Assembly: GCA_963743915.1 (NCBI GenBank) | Contig: CAVURN010000001.1 | Coordinates: forward strand, 320,001-384,000 | Source of the DNA: an uncultured Actinomycetota bacterium | GTDB lineage: Bacteria > Actinomycetota > Actinomycetes > JAHEKZ01 | Direction: 5' to 3' | DNA: 64,000 nucleotides | In this document: positions 11,135-22,367 of the stretch, in pieces | Position numbering within the stretch: the stretch's first letter is position 1 | How the letters are laid out: every line of letters begins with the position of its first letter | The notes under the pieces: generated by a model | Told to the model about the DNA's origin: nothing | The model's input: only the letters and a program-made list of their open reading frames with translations | The model's database searches: none | Program-made: the position numbers and the translations under genes

Positions 11135-11978
11135 TCAGGGGGCGGTGAGACCGCGGGCGGCGAACAGCAGGTGCGTGCCGCCGTCGAGCGCGCCGGGTCG
11201 GGAACACGCCTGCTCCTCGCGCTCGAGGTAGCGCTGCCACCGGTCCGGGTCCTGCTCGACGGCTTCCAACAGCGCTTCGTGCTCCACCGCGGTCCACGAG
11301 CTGGCACTGAGCGACTCGAGGCTTCCGCCGGCGGACGCGACGAGCTCGCGGATCTCCTCGGAGGTGTACATCCGGCACACGTGCCCCTCAGGCTGCGTCC
11401 GGCGCAGGTCACCGGTGGCGAGGATGTGGTCGATCTCAGGTTCGGCGAACGCATCGAGGACGGCGGGGAAGAATGCCCGGTACGCCCCGAGCGTCGACAT
11501 CACGGACGCCACGACCGGACCGGAGGTCAGGCGGAACAGACCGCGCAGCGCGTCCGGGGCGTGGTCGAACACGTAGGAGAGCGGACCACCGAAGGCCAGG
11601 ACCGCGTCGAACTGCTGCTCCTCGTAGCGGCTGGTGTCCCTCACGTCGAGGGTCGACCAGCCACTCACAGAGCCGCCCCATCCCTCCTCGAGCGCACGTG
11701 AGCGGTTGGCGTCCAGCTGTGCGGCGGAGATGTCGGTGACCTCTACGCGGACGCCGCGCGCCGCGAGCTCGCGCGTGAAGCGGCCCGGCCCAGCACCGAC
11801 CTCCAGCACGTGCATGCCCGGGCTGACGAAACGGGCGAGGAACCGCCGGTGGATCTCGAAGGCCACGCGACCCTGTGCGGTCTGCTCGAGGCGCTGCCCA
11901 CTCCGACTCGACGTTCTCCTCGAAGTGCCGTCGGACACGGTCCACCGCCTCGTCGACGGATTCGTCTGCCGGTGCCAT
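11135..11978 (-). CDS. Class I SAM-dependent methyltransferase (frameshifted near 11897)
   Basis: N-terminus [27 protein letters not shown] in one frame continues as [10 protein letters not shown]...VLEVGAGPG in another. Confidence 0.8.
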
Positions 11979-12060
11979 CGCTGCATTCTGGCCCATGGGG
12001 GATCGCTACCCTGGCCACGGACGCACCCGTCGCGGGGCGGCACATGAATGGAGCGGGTAC

Positions 12061-13644
12061 GTGAGCAAGAGCGAGTCGGAGTCGGGATTCCCGATCGAGC
12101 CTGTCTACGGGCCCGAGGCGTTGGCCGGATGGGACCCTGCGCAGCAGCTCGGCGTCCCCGGCGAGTACCCGTTCACCCGCGGCGTGTACCCCTCGATGTA
12201 CACGGGCCGCCCGTGGACGATGCGTCAGTACGCCGGCTTCGGCACCGCGCAGGAGTCGAACCAGCGCTACCAGCAGCTGATGGCGGCCGGAACGACGGGA
12301 CTCTCCGTCGCCTTCGACCTGCCGACCCAGATGGGCTACGACTCCGACCACCCCGTGGCGTCCGGCGAGGTCGGCAAGGTGGGCGTCGCGATCGACTCGA
12401 TCGACGACATGCGCGTGCTGTTCGACGGCATCCCGCTCGACCAGGTCACCACGTCGATGACGATCAACGCTCCGGCGGCCGTGCTGCTGCTGCTCTACCA
12501 GCTGGTCGCCGAGGAGCAGGGCGTGGACGCCGGCAAGCTCGGGGGCACGATCCAGAACGACGTGCTCAAGGAGTACATCGCCCGCGGCACGTACATCTAC
12601 CCACCGGCAGCGTCGCTGAGACTGATCACCGACATCTTCCAGTACTGCCAGGCGGAGATCCCGCGGTGGAACACGATCTCGATCTCCGGCTACCACATGG
12701 CGGAGGCGGGGGCCACGCCCGCGCAGGAGATCGCGTTCACCCTGGCCAACGGAGTCGAGTACGTGCGCGCGGCCATCGCGAGCGGCCAGCACGTCGACGA
12801 CTTCGCACCCCGGTTGGCGTTCTTCTTCGTGTCGCGTACGACGATCCTCGAGGAGGTCGCGAAGTTCCGCGCGGCCCGACGGCTGTGGGCGCGGATCATG
12901 CGCGACGAGTTCGGTGCGCAGAACCCCAAGTCGATGATGCTGCGTTTCCACACACAGACGGCCGGAGTACAGCTCACAGCGCAGCAGCCGGAGGTGAACA
13001 TCGTGCGGGTCGCCGTCCAGGGGCTCGCTGCGGTGCTGGGGGGCACGCAGTCGTTGCACACCAACAGCTTCGACGAGGCGCTCGCCCTGCCGTCGGAGAA
13101 GGCAGCCCGACTGGCGCTGCGGACCCAGCAGGTGCTGGCGTACGAGACCGACGTGACCCGCACGGTCGACCCGTTTGCCGGTTCGTACGTGGTCGAGTCC
13201 ATGACGGATGCCGTCGAGGCGGCGGCGGTCGATCTCATGGAACGCGTGCAGGCGCTGGGCGGAGCCGTCGCTGCGATCGAGAAGGGCTTCCAGAAGGGCG
13301 AGATCGAACGGAGTGCGTACGACGTCGCGCGCGAGATCGATGACGGCCAACGGGTGGTCGTCGGGGTGAACCGCTTCACCATCGACGCCGAAGAGCCGTA
13401 CGAACCGCTCCGGGTCGATCCGACGATCGAGCAGGAGCAGCGCGTCCGCCTCGGCCGGCTGCGGGCCGAGCGTGACCAGCCCGAGGTCGACCGGTGGCTG
13501 GCCGAGCTCCGGGCGGCGGCGTCTGGCGACGCCAACGTGCTCTACCCGATGCGAGAGGCTCTCCGGGCTCGCGCCACGGTCGGCGAGGTCAGTGACGCCC
13601 TGCGTGCGGTCTGGGGTGTCTACCAGCCGGTCGACGCGTTCTGA
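12061..13644 (+). CDS. Methylmalonyl-CoA mutase, substrate-binding large subunit (no B12-binding domain)
   Basis: [45 protein letters not shown]; GTG start after GGAG. Confidence 0.92.
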   Translation: MSKSESESGFPIEPVYGPEALAGWDPAQQLGVPGEYPFTRGVYPSMYTGRPWTMRQYAGFGTAQESNQRYQQLMAAGTTGLSVAFDLPTQMGYDSDHPVASGEVGKVGVAIDSIDDMRVLFDGIPLDQVTTSMTINAPAAVLLLLYQLVAEEQGVDAGKLGGTIQNDVLKEYIARGTYIYPPAASLRLITDIFQYCQAEIPRWNTISISGYHMAEAGATPAQEIAFTLANGVEYVRAAIASGQHVDDFAPRLAFFFVSRTTILEEVAKFRAARRLWARIMRDEFGAQNPKSMMLRFHTQTAGVQLTAQQPEVNIVRVAVQGLAAVLGGTQSLHTNSFDEALALPSEKAARLALRTQQVLAYETDVTRTVDPFAGSYVVESMTDAVEAAAVDLMERVQALGGAVAAIEKGFQKGEIERSAYDVAREIDDGQRVVVGVNRFTIDAEEPYEPLRVDPTIEQEQRVRLGRLRAERDQPEVDRWLAELRAAASGDANVLYPMREALRARATVGEVSDALRAVWGVYQPVDAF

Positions 13645-13648
13645 CGCC

Positions 13649-14902
13649 ATGAGAGACGCCGGACCGTCTAGCCTCAGGGACGTGGACACCCCGGGACGTG
13701 ACCTGCTGCGGCTGGGTGACGACCTGGCCGGGCTGGTCGAGAAGGTCGCGGACGAGCTGGTGGCGATCAGGCGCGACATCCATGCCCATCCCGAGCTGGG
13801 TCGTGAGGAGACTCGCACCACGACGGTGATCCACGACCGCCTGGCGGCGGCTGGGCTCGCACCGATCGTGCTTCCTGGCGGCTCGGGCGTGGTCTGCGAC
13901 ATCGGCCACGGCCCGAGGACGGTGGCGCTCCGGGCGGACATCGACGCCCTGCCGATCGACGACGAGAAGGAGGGCGTCGCCTACCGGTCCACCGTTCCCG
14001 GTGTCTGCCACGCCTGCGGGCACGACGTCCACTCGGCGGTGCTGATCGGTGTCGGCGTCGTGCTGGCCGAGCTGGCGCACCGCGGCGACCTCGGCGGCCG
14101 GGTCCGACTCGTCTTCCAGCCCGCGGAGGAGTCGATGCCGGGCGGTGCGATCGACGTCATCGCTGCGGGTGCGCTGAACGGGGTCGACCGGATCGTCGCC
14201 CTGCACTGCGACCCGCGGCAGGACGTCGGCGAGGTCGGCGTCCGCGTCGGCCCCATCACGGGGAGCAGTGACCACGTGCGAGTGGTGCTCACCAGCGAGG
14301 GCGGCCACACCGCACGCCCGCACCTGACCGGCGACCTCGTGTACGCCCTGGCGAAGATCATCACCGACGTCCCGTCGATCCTGTCCCGCCGCGTCGACCC
14401 GAGGGCCGGTCTCTCCGTCGTCTGGGGGACGGTGCGGGCCGGGGGTGCCGCCAACGCGATCCCGCAGTACGGCGAGGTGGCCGGCACGGTCCGGTCGCTG
14501 GATGCGCGGGTGTGGGAGGACGCCGGCGACGTGGTGACACGAGCCGTCTCCGACGTCGCGCGTGCCTACGGCGTCGACGTCACCGTCGACTACACACGTG
14601 GGGTGCCGCCGGTCATCAACGACGACGCGTCGGTGCGCCTCATCGAGACGGCCGCTCGCGCCCTGCTGGGCGACGGCTGTGTCGAGACCGTGGAGCAGAG
14701 CCTTGGCGGCGAGGACTTCGCCTGGTACCTCGAGCACGTACCCGGTGCGCTGTTCCGCCTCGGCGTCCGGACGCCCGACGGGCACGACGGGGTCGACCTG
14801 CATCAGGGGACGTTCGACGTCGACGAGGACGCCATCGCGGTAGGCGTGAGACTGATGTCGGCCATCGCCCTGCTCGACCTCGCGCAGGCCGTGCACGGCT
14901 GA
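13649..14902 (+). CDS. M20 family amidohydrolase
   Basis: RRDIHAHPEL, LRADIDALP, HACGHD, FQPAEE, GGEDF, LHQ. Confidence 0.92.
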   Translation: MRDAGPSSLRDVDTPGRDLLRLGDDLAGLVEKVADELVAIRRDIHAHPELGREETRTTTVIHDRLAAAGLAPIVLPGGSGVVCDIGHGPRTVALRADIDALPIDDEKEGVAYRSTVPGVCHACGHDVHSAVLIGVGVVLAELAHRGDLGGRVRLVFQPAEESMPGGAIDVIAAGALNGVDRIVALHCDPRQDVGEVGVRVGPITGSSDHVRVVLTSEGGHTARPHLTGDLVYALAKIITDVPSILSRRVDPRAGLSVVWGTVRAGGAANAIPQYGEVAGTVRSLDARVWEDAGDVVTRAVSDVARAYGVDVTVDYTRGVPPVINDDASVRLIETAARALLGDGCVETVEQSLGGEDFAWYLEHVPGALFRLGVRTPDGHDGVDLHQGTFDVDEDAIAVGVRLMSAIALLDLAQAVHG

Positions 14903-14920
14903 AGGTCGGGGCCGATCACG

Positions 14921-15331
14921 GTGGATGCCGGTTCCGGTGGCGCGGCCGAGCTGCAGAGGGTGTGCGACGAGCTCGTCGCACTCGAGCCGCTCTTCCACCA
15001 CCCGGAGGTCACCGGACGGGAGCGGGCGGACCTCGAGGCGTTCGCCGCCCCGGACTTCTGGGAGGTGGGCGCGTCGGGTGCGGTCTACTCCCGGGAACGG
15101 GTCATGGACATCGTCGGAGAGCGCTACGCCGACGGCGGCGGCCAGGACGGGCAGACAATGCCGGTCGACGACGTGCGGTGCCGGGCGTTGGGGCCGGGGA
15201 CCTACCTGCTCACGTACCGGCTGCGGCAGGGCGAGAGGGTCACCCGACGCGTGACTGTCTGGGAACGCGCGGACTCACTGCTCGGCTGGAGGGTCGTCTA
15301 CCACCAGGGCACCGTCGCGAGCGACGGGTAA
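14921..15331 (+). CDS. NTF2-like (DUF4440-type) protein
   Basis: EPLFHHPE, DFWEVGASG, C-terminal WRVVYHQGT. Confidence 0.8.
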   Translation: MDAGSGGAAELQRVCDELVALEPLFHHPEVTGRERADLEAFAAPDFWEVGASGAVYSRERVMDIVGERYADGGGQDGQTMPVDDVRCRALGPGTYLLTYRLRQGERVTRRVTVWERADSLLGWRVVYHQGTVASDG

Positions 15332-15349
15332 CCAACGGGCCGAAGAGGG

Positions 15350-15781
15350 TCAGGCGGGAGGTGCGCCGACCATGCCCGACTTGAAGGGGTCGCGCCGCGG
15401 GGGGTCACCGAGCTCGGCACGCGGGCACGTGTCCAGCGTCAGCCCCGCCCAGGTGAGGGCGTCGTCGACGAGCGACTCGACGCTCCAGCTGCTCTCGAGC
15501 CCGTACGGGGTGACCGTCACCTTGTAGATGGTGATCTGGTGGCGGTTGGGCGCGTCGTACATGACGGCGATGGAGCCGAGCAGTCGCGCGTTGCCGCGGG
15601 TGCCACCCATGCCGTCCCAGGGGCTGTCATAGCGCTGCCACAGTGACGAGGTCGCGTTCCAGACACCCCCCGAGCTGATGTCGAGCCGCTTCAGCTCCTC
15701 GAGCACGCGGTTGGCGGCGCGCTCGTCAAGGATGGCTGCTGGCCTGATGATGCGGACATCGTCCCGCGGTGCTACGCCCAT
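15350..15781 (-). CDS. Hypothetical protein (143 aa)
   Basis: GC-rich third codon positions, globular-looking sequence; ATG 7 nt after a sigma28-type -10 element. Confidence 0.8.
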   Translation of the reverse strand: MGVAPRDDVRIIRPAAILDERAANRVLEELKRLDISSGGVWNATSSLWQRYDSPWDGMGGTRGNARLLGSIAVMYDAPNRHQITIYKVTVTPYGLESSWSVESLVDDALTWAGLTLDTCPRAELGDPPRRDPFKSGMVGAPPA

Positions 15782-15788
15782 GGAGTGC

Positions 15789-15816
15789 CTATCGGGCGAA
15801 ACCGCCCGGAGGTTGA
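15789..15816 (-). promoter_or_regulatory. Sigma28 (FliA/WhiG)-type promoter, apparently leaderless
   Basis: Minus strand TCAAC-N15-CCCGATAG-N7-ATG. Confidence 0.65.
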
Positions 15817-15911
15817 GCCCCTGACTTCGTCGGCCCCCGATTTCCTCGCCAGAGCGCCACGATGCCCCGTCCTGCGGCGTGACTGTGGCGGTCTGGCGTG
15901 ACGCTCGGGGG

Positions 15912-16361
15912 TCATGGGCCGATGTTCCGGCACGGTCGGGTCCGCAGGTCGCGGACGTAGTCGTCCGGTGCCCCGGCGGCCTCGGCGGCGTCGGCCATGA
16001 TCCCGAGATAGCGGGCCGAGGGAAGACCCCCCTCGAAGGCGTTGAGCACGTAGAGCCAGGCGAGCTTGTCACCGTCGAGGGTCTGGATCCGGACCCGAAT
16101 CTTGTCGTAGACGCCGAGGGCGCCCTCCCAGACGTCCAACGTGCGCTCGTCGAGCTCGGTGAGGTCGTACAGCACGGTGAAGACCTGCGACGGCGCGTCC
16201 TCGACGACGGTCGCGAGAGCTCCCTCCCAGCCGAGGTCGGCCCCCCCGAAGGTGAGGCGCCAGCCGTCGAGCCAGCCCGTCCCGGCCATCGGGGAGTGGG
16301 GTGCGCGTTCGGCCATCTGCCGCGGGTCCATGTTGCTGCCGTACGCGGCGTAGAGGGCCAT
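15912..16361 (-). CDS. Gamma-glutamylcyclotransferase family protein
   Basis: LYAAYGSNM, WRLTFGG, LDVWEG, PSARYL; divergent from lpdA as in other actinomycetes. Confidence 0.9.
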   Translation of the reverse strand: MALYAAYGSNMDPRQMAERAPHSPMAGTGWLDGWRLTFGGADLGWEGALATVVEDAPSQVFTVLYDLTELDERTLDVWEGALGVYDKIRVRIQTLDGDKLAWLYVLNAFEGGLPSARYLGIMADAAEAAGAPDDYVRDLRTRPCRNIGP

Positions 16362-16422
16362 GGCGACGAGCGTAGGGGCGGTGCGTGGGGGATCGGCTGA
16401 ACTGTGCGCCAGAATGTCCGCC

Positions 16423-17796
16423 GTGGCGCGAATGGTGATCGTCGGCGGCGGCCCCGGGGGGTACGAGGCCGCGCTGGTGGCGTCCCAGGTGGGGGCCGAG
16501 GTCACGCTCGTCGACCGCGACGGGCTCGGCGGCTCGGCGGTCCTGACCGACGTGGTCCCCAGCAAGGCGCTGATCACCGTGGCCGACGTCATGGACGAGG
16601 TCACCGACTCACGGGCCCTCGGCGTCCGGTTCTCCGGTGACGTCGGTGTCGACCTGGCGGTCGTCAACGAGCGCCTGCGGGGCCTGGCGACGGCGCAGTC
16701 CGCCGACGTCGAGGCCCACCTGGCGAAGGACGGCGTGCGCGTGCTGCGCGGCGTGGGACGGTTGCGGGGGCCTGACACGGTGGTGGCCGAGCTGACCGAC
16801 GGTGGGACGGAGGTGCTGGACGCCGACGCGGTGCTCGTCGCCACGGGGGCGCATCCGCGAGAGCTCGAGACGGCCCGGCCGGACGGCGAGCGCATCCTGT
16901 CGTGGACCCAGCTGTACGACCTCACCGAGCTGCCTGAGCGGCTCGTCGTCGTGGGCTCAGGTGTCACCGGCGCCGAGTTCGCAGGTGCGTACCAGGCACT
17001 CGGCGCCCAGGTGACGCTGGTGTCGTCGCGCGACCGGGTGCTGCCCGGTGAGGACGCTGACGCGGCCGCGGTGCTCGAAGAGGTCTTCGCCCGGCGCGGC
17101 ATGACCGTGCTGTCCCGCTCACGGGCCGTGGCGGTGGAGCGCACGGCGGACGGCGTACGGGTGGAGCTGCAGGACGGCGGGAGCGTCGAGGGGTCACACG
17201 CGCTGATGGCGGTCGGGTCGGTGCCCAACACCACCGGTCTCGGACTCGAGGAGGCCGGTGTGGCGCTCGACGACCGCGGGTTCGTGGTCGTCGACCGGGT
17301 CTCCCGGACGAGCGCGCGTGGTGTGTACGCCGCCGGCGACTGCACCGGCGTGCTCATGCTGGCCTCGGTCGCCGCCATGCAGGGACGGATCGCCATGAAG
17401 CACGCCCTGGGCGAGGCCGTCCAGCCGCTCGACCTCTCGGTGGTCGCGAGCAACGTCTTCACCGACCCGGAGATCGCCACGGTGGGCGTGACGCAGGCCC
17501 AAGCGGACTCGGGCGAGATCGCCGTGGCGCAGGTCAAGCTGCCGCTGGCGACGAACGCCCGGGCCAAGATGCAGGACTTCCACGACGGCTTCGTGAAGCT
17601 GTTCTGCCGGGTCGGCACCGGGATCGTCGTCGGAGGGGTGGTGGTGGCCCCGCGGGCGAGCGAGCTGATCCACCCGGTGTCGCTCGCGGTGCGCCACGGG
17701 CTCAACGTCGACCAGGTGGCCGACGCCTTCACGGTCTACCCGTCGCTGTCGGGGTCGGTCGCAGAGGCCGCGCGCCAGCTCCACCTGCACAGCTGA
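16423..17796 (+). CDS. lpdA: NAD(P)H-quinone dehydrogenase (LpdA-type flavoprotein disulfide reductase homolog)
   Basis: IVGGGPGGYEAAL, VPSK, GSGVTGAEF, YAAGDCTG, FTVYPSLSGS. Confidence 0.9.
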   Translation: MARMVIVGGGPGGYEAALVASQVGAEVTLVDRDGLGGSAVLTDVVPSKALITVADVMDEVTDSRALGVRFSGDVGVDLAVVNERLRGLATAQSADVEAHLAKDGVRVLRGVGRLRGPDTVVAELTDGGTEVLDADAVLVATGAHPRELETARPDGERILSWTQLYDLTELPERLVVVGSGVTGAEFAGAYQALGAQVTLVSSRDRVLPGEDADAAAVLEEVFARRGMTVLSRSRAVAVERTADGVRVELQDGGSVEGSHALMAVGSVPNTTGLGLEEAGVALDDRGFVVVDRVSRTSARGVYAAGDCTGVLMLASVAAMQGRIAMKHALGEAVQPLDLSVVASNVFTDPEIATVGVTQAQADSGEIAVAQVKLPLATNARAKMQDFHDGFVKLFCRVGTGIVVGGVVVAPRASELIHPVSLAVRHGLNVDQVADAFTVYPSLSGSVAEAARQLHLHS

Positions 17797-17803
17797 CCCA
17801 CCG

Positions 17804-19272
17804 TCAGACCGGGGGCACCAGTGCCCCTGCTTCCAGCAGGCCGACCTGCTGCTCCAGCGCGCGGGCAACCCGAAGGAGCGTCGCCTCGGTGTTGGCCCGT
17901 CCACTGACCGCGAGGCCCACCGGCAGACCGTGCACGAATCCCATGGGCACACTGAGGATCGGGTAGCCGGCAACAGAGGGTGCGCTGGTGGAGTCGCCGA
18001 CGATGGGAGCGTCGCCCAGGACCAGGTCGTTCTTGATGGCGGGAGGGAACGCAGGCGCCACGAGGACGTCGAGCGAGTGGGCCCCCATGACGGCGTCCAT
18101 CCCGTGTCGCGGGCGTCGACCAGGTTGCGGGCGCGTGCCGAGCGGTACTCCTCGGAGTCGAGGTCGCCGAGTGAGTCGGCCTTCTCGAAGAACTCCTGCC
18201 CGAACCAGCGCAGCTCCTCCTCGGCGTGCTCGCGGTTGAACGCGATCACGTCGGTGAGGGTGCGTGGACCGCCCTCGGGCCGCCTCGCGAGGTAGACGTT
18301 GAGGTCGTGCTTGAGCTCATAGAGCAGCACGGTGAGCTCATCACCCCCCTCGACGCCCCCGGAGGCGTCGTAGGTCGGGATCTCCGGGAAGTCGACCGGG
18401 TCGACGAGGGTGGCGCCCGCGGCGGCCAGTGCCGACAGCGCTGCCTCTGCCACGGCGTCCGTGCCCGCGTGGTGCCCGAAGTGCTTGCGCACGACGCCGA
18501 CCCTGAGCCCTTGGACTCCCGTGTCGCACGCGGCGAGGTAGGTGTCGGAGCCGGTCATCGCGTCCAGGAAGGCGGCGGTGACCCGGACGCTCACCGCCAT
18601 CGGCCCGGGGGAGTCCTGGCTGTGCGAGATCGGCACGATTCCGGCAGCGGCCAGCAGGCCGACCGTGGGCTTGAGGCCCACGACACCGTTGTAGCTGGCG
18701 GGGCAGATGATCGAGCCGTCCGTCTCGGTGCCGACTCCCAGGGGGGCGAGCCCGGCGGCCAGGGCGGCACCCGTCCCCGACGACGACCCGCCGGCACTGC
18801 GTGTGGGGTCCCACGGGTTGCGCGTGAGGCCCCCGCGTGCGCTCCAGCCACTCGTCGAGTGCGGTGAGCGGATGTTGGCCCACTCGCTGAGGTTGGTCTT
18901 TCCGAGGACCACCAGCCCGGCCTCGCGGAGCCGCGCGACGAGCGGCGCGTCCTGCAGCGGACGCGTCCCGGCGAGCGCGAGTGACCCCGCCGTCGTGAGC
19001 ATGCCGTCCGCGGTGTCGATGTTGTCCTTGACCGCGACCGCCAAGCCGTGCAACGCGCCCCGGACGCGGCCGTCACGCAGCTCGGCGTCCCGCTCCATGG
19101 CGATGGACATCGCGTCCGGGTTGAGCTCGATGAACGCGTTGAGCTCGGGGCCGTTCCCGTCCAGGGCTCCGCGTCGCGTCGTCAGGTGGTCGACCTGCTC
19201 GGCGCTCGACAGGTGCCGCTGGGGCAGCTCGGTGTCGCTGAAGAGGTTCGCGGACGGCAGGCGCTCGGTCAT
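17804..19272 (-). CDS. Amidase-signature family amidase (frameshifted near 18102)
   Basis: VKDNI, GGSSSG, ETDGSI; C-terminus (MDAVMGAHSLDVLVAP...AGYPILSVPMG) lies in another frame. Confidence 0.88.
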
Positions 19273-19329
19273 GACGCCACTCTGGCAGATCAGCCGCACA
19301 GGACATCGGGTCTGCGAGAGGGTGGCTCC

Positions 19330-20553
19330 ATGACGGTGGCAGTGGTGGGAGCCGGCTTTGCCGGACTGATGGCAGCGTGGACTCTCCAGCAGTCAGGGCG
19401 GGACGTCGTGGTGCTGGAGGCCCGCGACCGGGTCGGGGGGAGGGTGTGGTCGCAGGAGCTCGTCCACGGCGACCCCCGGACGGTGATCGAGCGCGGTGCC
19501 GAGTTCGTGCTCAGCGGCTACGACGTGATGCGCGCGATGCTCGACACCTGTGGTCTCGAGCTCGCCCCGATGGGGATGTCCTACTACGTGCGGGAGCCGC
19601 GCGGCGTCGACACCACCCACGAACGCGTGGCCGAGTGCGCGTCGATGGTCGCCCTGGCTGCCCGGGGTCGAGGGACCGATATCTCGCTGGCGCAGCTCCT
19701 CGACGAGGTCGCGCCCCAGGTGGACGCCGCGGCGCTGGCGGCGTTCCGGTCGCGGATCGAGGTGACGAACGCGGCCCCCGCCAAACGCCTCGCCGCAGCG
19801 GCGGCCGAGGACGTCACGATGGCCTTCGAGGCGAGGCCGTCGTACCGCGTCGCCGGGGGGAACCAGCGGCTCGCCCGCGAGATGGCGGCCCGGCTCGGGG
19901 GCGCGCTGCACCTCGGGGAGGCCGTCCGCAGCGTCGGGTGGGACAGCGCCGGCTGCCGGGTCGCGACCGACCGAGGTGAGGTCTCGGCCGATGCCGTGGT
20001 GCTGGCGACGCCGATGGCGGTCACCCGCGAGCTCACCTTCGACCCACCGCTGCCGGGCTGGAAGGTGGACGCCTGGCGGCGCGCAGGAACCGGACAGGCA
20101 GCCAAGCTGCACGTGCCGTTGCGCGAGGGGGCCGGTGCGGTCCCGTGGTCCGCCGTGCAGAGCGTCCCCGAACGGTTCTGGACCTGGACGGCCACCGACG
20201 AGTCGGGGCAGGTGCAGCCCACGCTGCACTGCTTCTCGGGGTCGACCCCGGCGCTCGAACGGCTGCGGGTCGCCGAGGGTTCGTCGACGTGGGCAGGGCG
20301 AGCGGCGTCGCTTCGACCTGATCTGGCGCTCGACGTCGACCGCGCCGTCGTCACGACCTGGGAGGACGATCCGTGGGCCGGAGAGGCCTACACGGCGCTC
20401 ACGGTGGGAACGGGCTCCGACGACGATGAGCTGTTGCGGCGGCCCGTCGGGCCCTTGTCCTTTGCGGGCGAGCACACCGCAGGGGACCTGGCCGGCTTGA
20501 TGGAGGGCGCCCTGCGCTCCGGCGAGCGTGCGGCCCGGGAGCTGCTCAGCTGA
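19330..20553 (+). CDS. Flavin monoamine oxidase family protein
   Basis: [31 protein letters not shown]. Confidence 0.9.
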   Translation: MTVAVVGAGFAGLMAAWTLQQSGRDVVVLEARDRVGGRVWSQELVHGDPRTVIERGAEFVLSGYDVMRAMLDTCGLELAPMGMSYYVREPRGVDTTHERVAECASMVALAARGRGTDISLAQLLDEVAPQVDAAALAAFRSRIEVTNAAPAKRLAAAAAEDVTMAFEARPSYRVAGGNQRLAREMAARLGGALHLGEAVRSVGWDSAGCRVATDRGEVSADAVVLATPMAVTRELTFDPPLPGWKVDAWRRAGTGQAAKLHVPLREGAGAVPWSAVQSVPERFWTWTATDESGQVQPTLHCFSGSTPALERLRVAEGSSTWAGRAASLRPDLALDVDRAVVTTWEDDPWAGEAYTALTVGTGSDDDELLRRPVGPLSFAGEHTAGDLAGLMEGALRSGERAARELLS

Positions 20554-22309
20554 TGTCGCAGATCGCGGCGCCGGAGGACAGCGTCTGACCCATCTCGACG
20601 GCCAGCCCGCTGATGGTGCCCGCCTTGTGCGCATTGAGCGGCTGCTCCATCTTCATCGCCTCGAGCACGACCACGAGGTCGCCGGCCTCGACCGGCTGAC
20701 CGTCCTCGACGGCGATCTTGACGATCGTTCCCTGCATGGGGCTGGTCAGGGTGTCCCCGGACGCGGCACCTGCACCGCTGCGCTTGGCCGAGCGGCGAGG
20801 GGCTGTCCGCCCGGTCGTGCCGCCGTTGGCCGACGTCGCCCCGGCGCCGAGTCCGGCCGGCAGCGTGACCTCCAGACGCTTTCCCCCGACCTCGACCGTC
20901 ACCCGTTCGCGCTCGGGTGCGTGCTCGGGCGTCGCGGTGGAGACGAAGGGCTCGAGGGTGTTGTCGAACTCGGTCTCCATCCACCGCGTGTGCACGCTGA
21001 ACGGCGTGGAGGGGTCAGCGGGGGCGAACGCGGGGTCGTCGACGACGGCACGGTGGAAGGGCAGGGCGGTCGCGAGGCCGTCCACCTCGAACTCGGCCAG
21101 GGCGCGTCGGGCGCGCTCCAGCGCCTGCTGACGACTGGATCCGGTGACGATCAGCTTGGCCAGCAGCGAGTCGAAGCTCTGACCGATGACCGAGCCCTGC
21201 TCGACGCCCGCGTCGAGCCGGACACCGGGCCCCGCCGGCGGACGCCATGTGGTCACCGGTCCGGGTGCGGGCAGGAAGTTGCGGCCGGGGTCCTCGCCGT
21301 TGATCCGGAACTCGATCGAGTGGCCCCGCAGAGGGGGGTCGTCGTAGCCGAGCTCCTCACCCGCCGCGATGCGGAACATCTCGCGCACGAGGTCGATGCC
21401 GCTGACCTCCTCGGTCACCGGGTGCTCGACCTGCAGCCGGGTGTTGACCTCGAGGAAGGAGATGGTGCCGTCCTGGCCGACCAGGAACTCGCAGGTTCCG
21501 GCGCCGGTGTAGCCGGCTTCCCTGAGGATCGCCTTCGAGGCCCGGTACAGCTCGGCGTTCTGTTCCTCCGAGAGGAAGGGCGCAGGCGCCTCCTCGACCA
21601 GTTTCTGATGGCGGCGCTGCAACGAGCAGTCGCGGGTGGAGACGACCACGACGTTGCCGTGCTGGTCGGCCAAGCACTGGGTCTCGACGTGGCGTGGACG
21701 GTCGAGGTACTTCTCGACGAAGCACTCCCCGCGTCCGAAGGCGGTGACCGCCTCGCGGACTGCCGAGTCGTACAGCTCCGGGATCTCCTCGAGGGTGCGG
21801 GCGACCTTGAGCCCACGCCCGCCGCCGCCGAAGGCCGCCTTGATGGCGATCGGCAGCCCCTGCTCCTTCGCGAAGGCGACCACCTCGTCCGCCCCGGCGA
21901 CCGGGTCAGCCGTGCCCGCGACCTGCGGGGCGTCCACGGCCTGAGCGATGTGACGGGCCCTCACCTTGTCGCCGAGCGCGCGGATGGCATCCGGAGGCGG
22001 GCCGATCCAGGTGAATCCTGCGTCGATCACGGCCTGCGCGAAGTCGGCGTTCTCGGACAGGAACCCGTACCCCGGGTGGATCGCGTCGGCCCCGCTGCGG
22101 GCAGCGATGCCGAGCACCTTGCCCATGTCGAGGTAGCTGGTCGCGGGGGTGTCGCCGTCGAGCGCGTAGGCCTCGTCCGCGGTCCTGGCGTGCGGGGCGT
22201 CGCGGTCGGAGTCGGCATAGATGGCGACCGAGACGAGTCCGGCGTCGCGGCACGCCCGGGCCACCCGGACGGCGATCTCGCCGCGGTTGGCGATCAGTAC
22301 CTTGCGCAC
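20546..22309 (-). CDS. bccA: Acetyl/propionyl-CoA carboxylase alpha subunit (biotin carboxylase + BCCP)
   Basis: [36 protein letters not shown] biotinylation motif. Confidence 0.95.
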   Translation of the reverse strand: MRKVLIANRGEIAVRVARACRDAGLVSVAIYADSDRDAPHARTADEAYALDGDTPATSYLDMGKVLGIAARSGADAIHPGYGFLSENADFAQAVIDAGFTWIGPPPDAIRALGDKVRARHIAQAVDAPQVAGTADPVAGADEVVAFAKEQGLPIAIKAAFGGGGRGLKVARTLEEIPELYDSAVREAVTAFGRGECFVEKYLDRPRHVETQCLADQHGNVVVVSTRDCSLQRRHQKLVEEAPAPFLSEEQNAELYRASKAILREAGYTGAGTCEFLVGQDGTISFLEVNTRLQVEHPVTEEVSGIDLVREMFRIAAGEELGYDDPPLRGHSIEFRINGEDPGRNFLPAPGPVTTWRPPAGPGVRLDAGVEQGSVIGQSFDSLLAKLIVTGSSRQQALERARRALAEFEVDGLATALPFHRAVVDDPAFAPADPSTPFSVHTRWMETEFDNTLEPFVSTATPEHAPERERVTVEVGGKRLEVTLPAGLGAGATSANGGTTGRTAPRRSAKRSGAGAASGDTLTSPMQGTIVKIAVEDGQPVEAGDLVVVLEAMKMEQPLNAHKAGTISGLAVEMGQTLSSGAAICDIS

Positions 22310-22367
22310 GTCGACTCCTCGGGACGGACTCGCCCACGGGCGCCTCGCCGGCGGGCTCCGGCGCAGT

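Noticed and set aside
11979-12060. Cobalamin riboswitch upstream of the mutase
   Set aside because: The spacer is only about 80 nt and no B12-box is recognisable
14891-14920. GCCGATCA upstream of the NTF2-like gene as a further sigma28 promoter
   Set aside because: No TCAAG/TAAG-like -35 at the right spacing, and it is too close to the start codon
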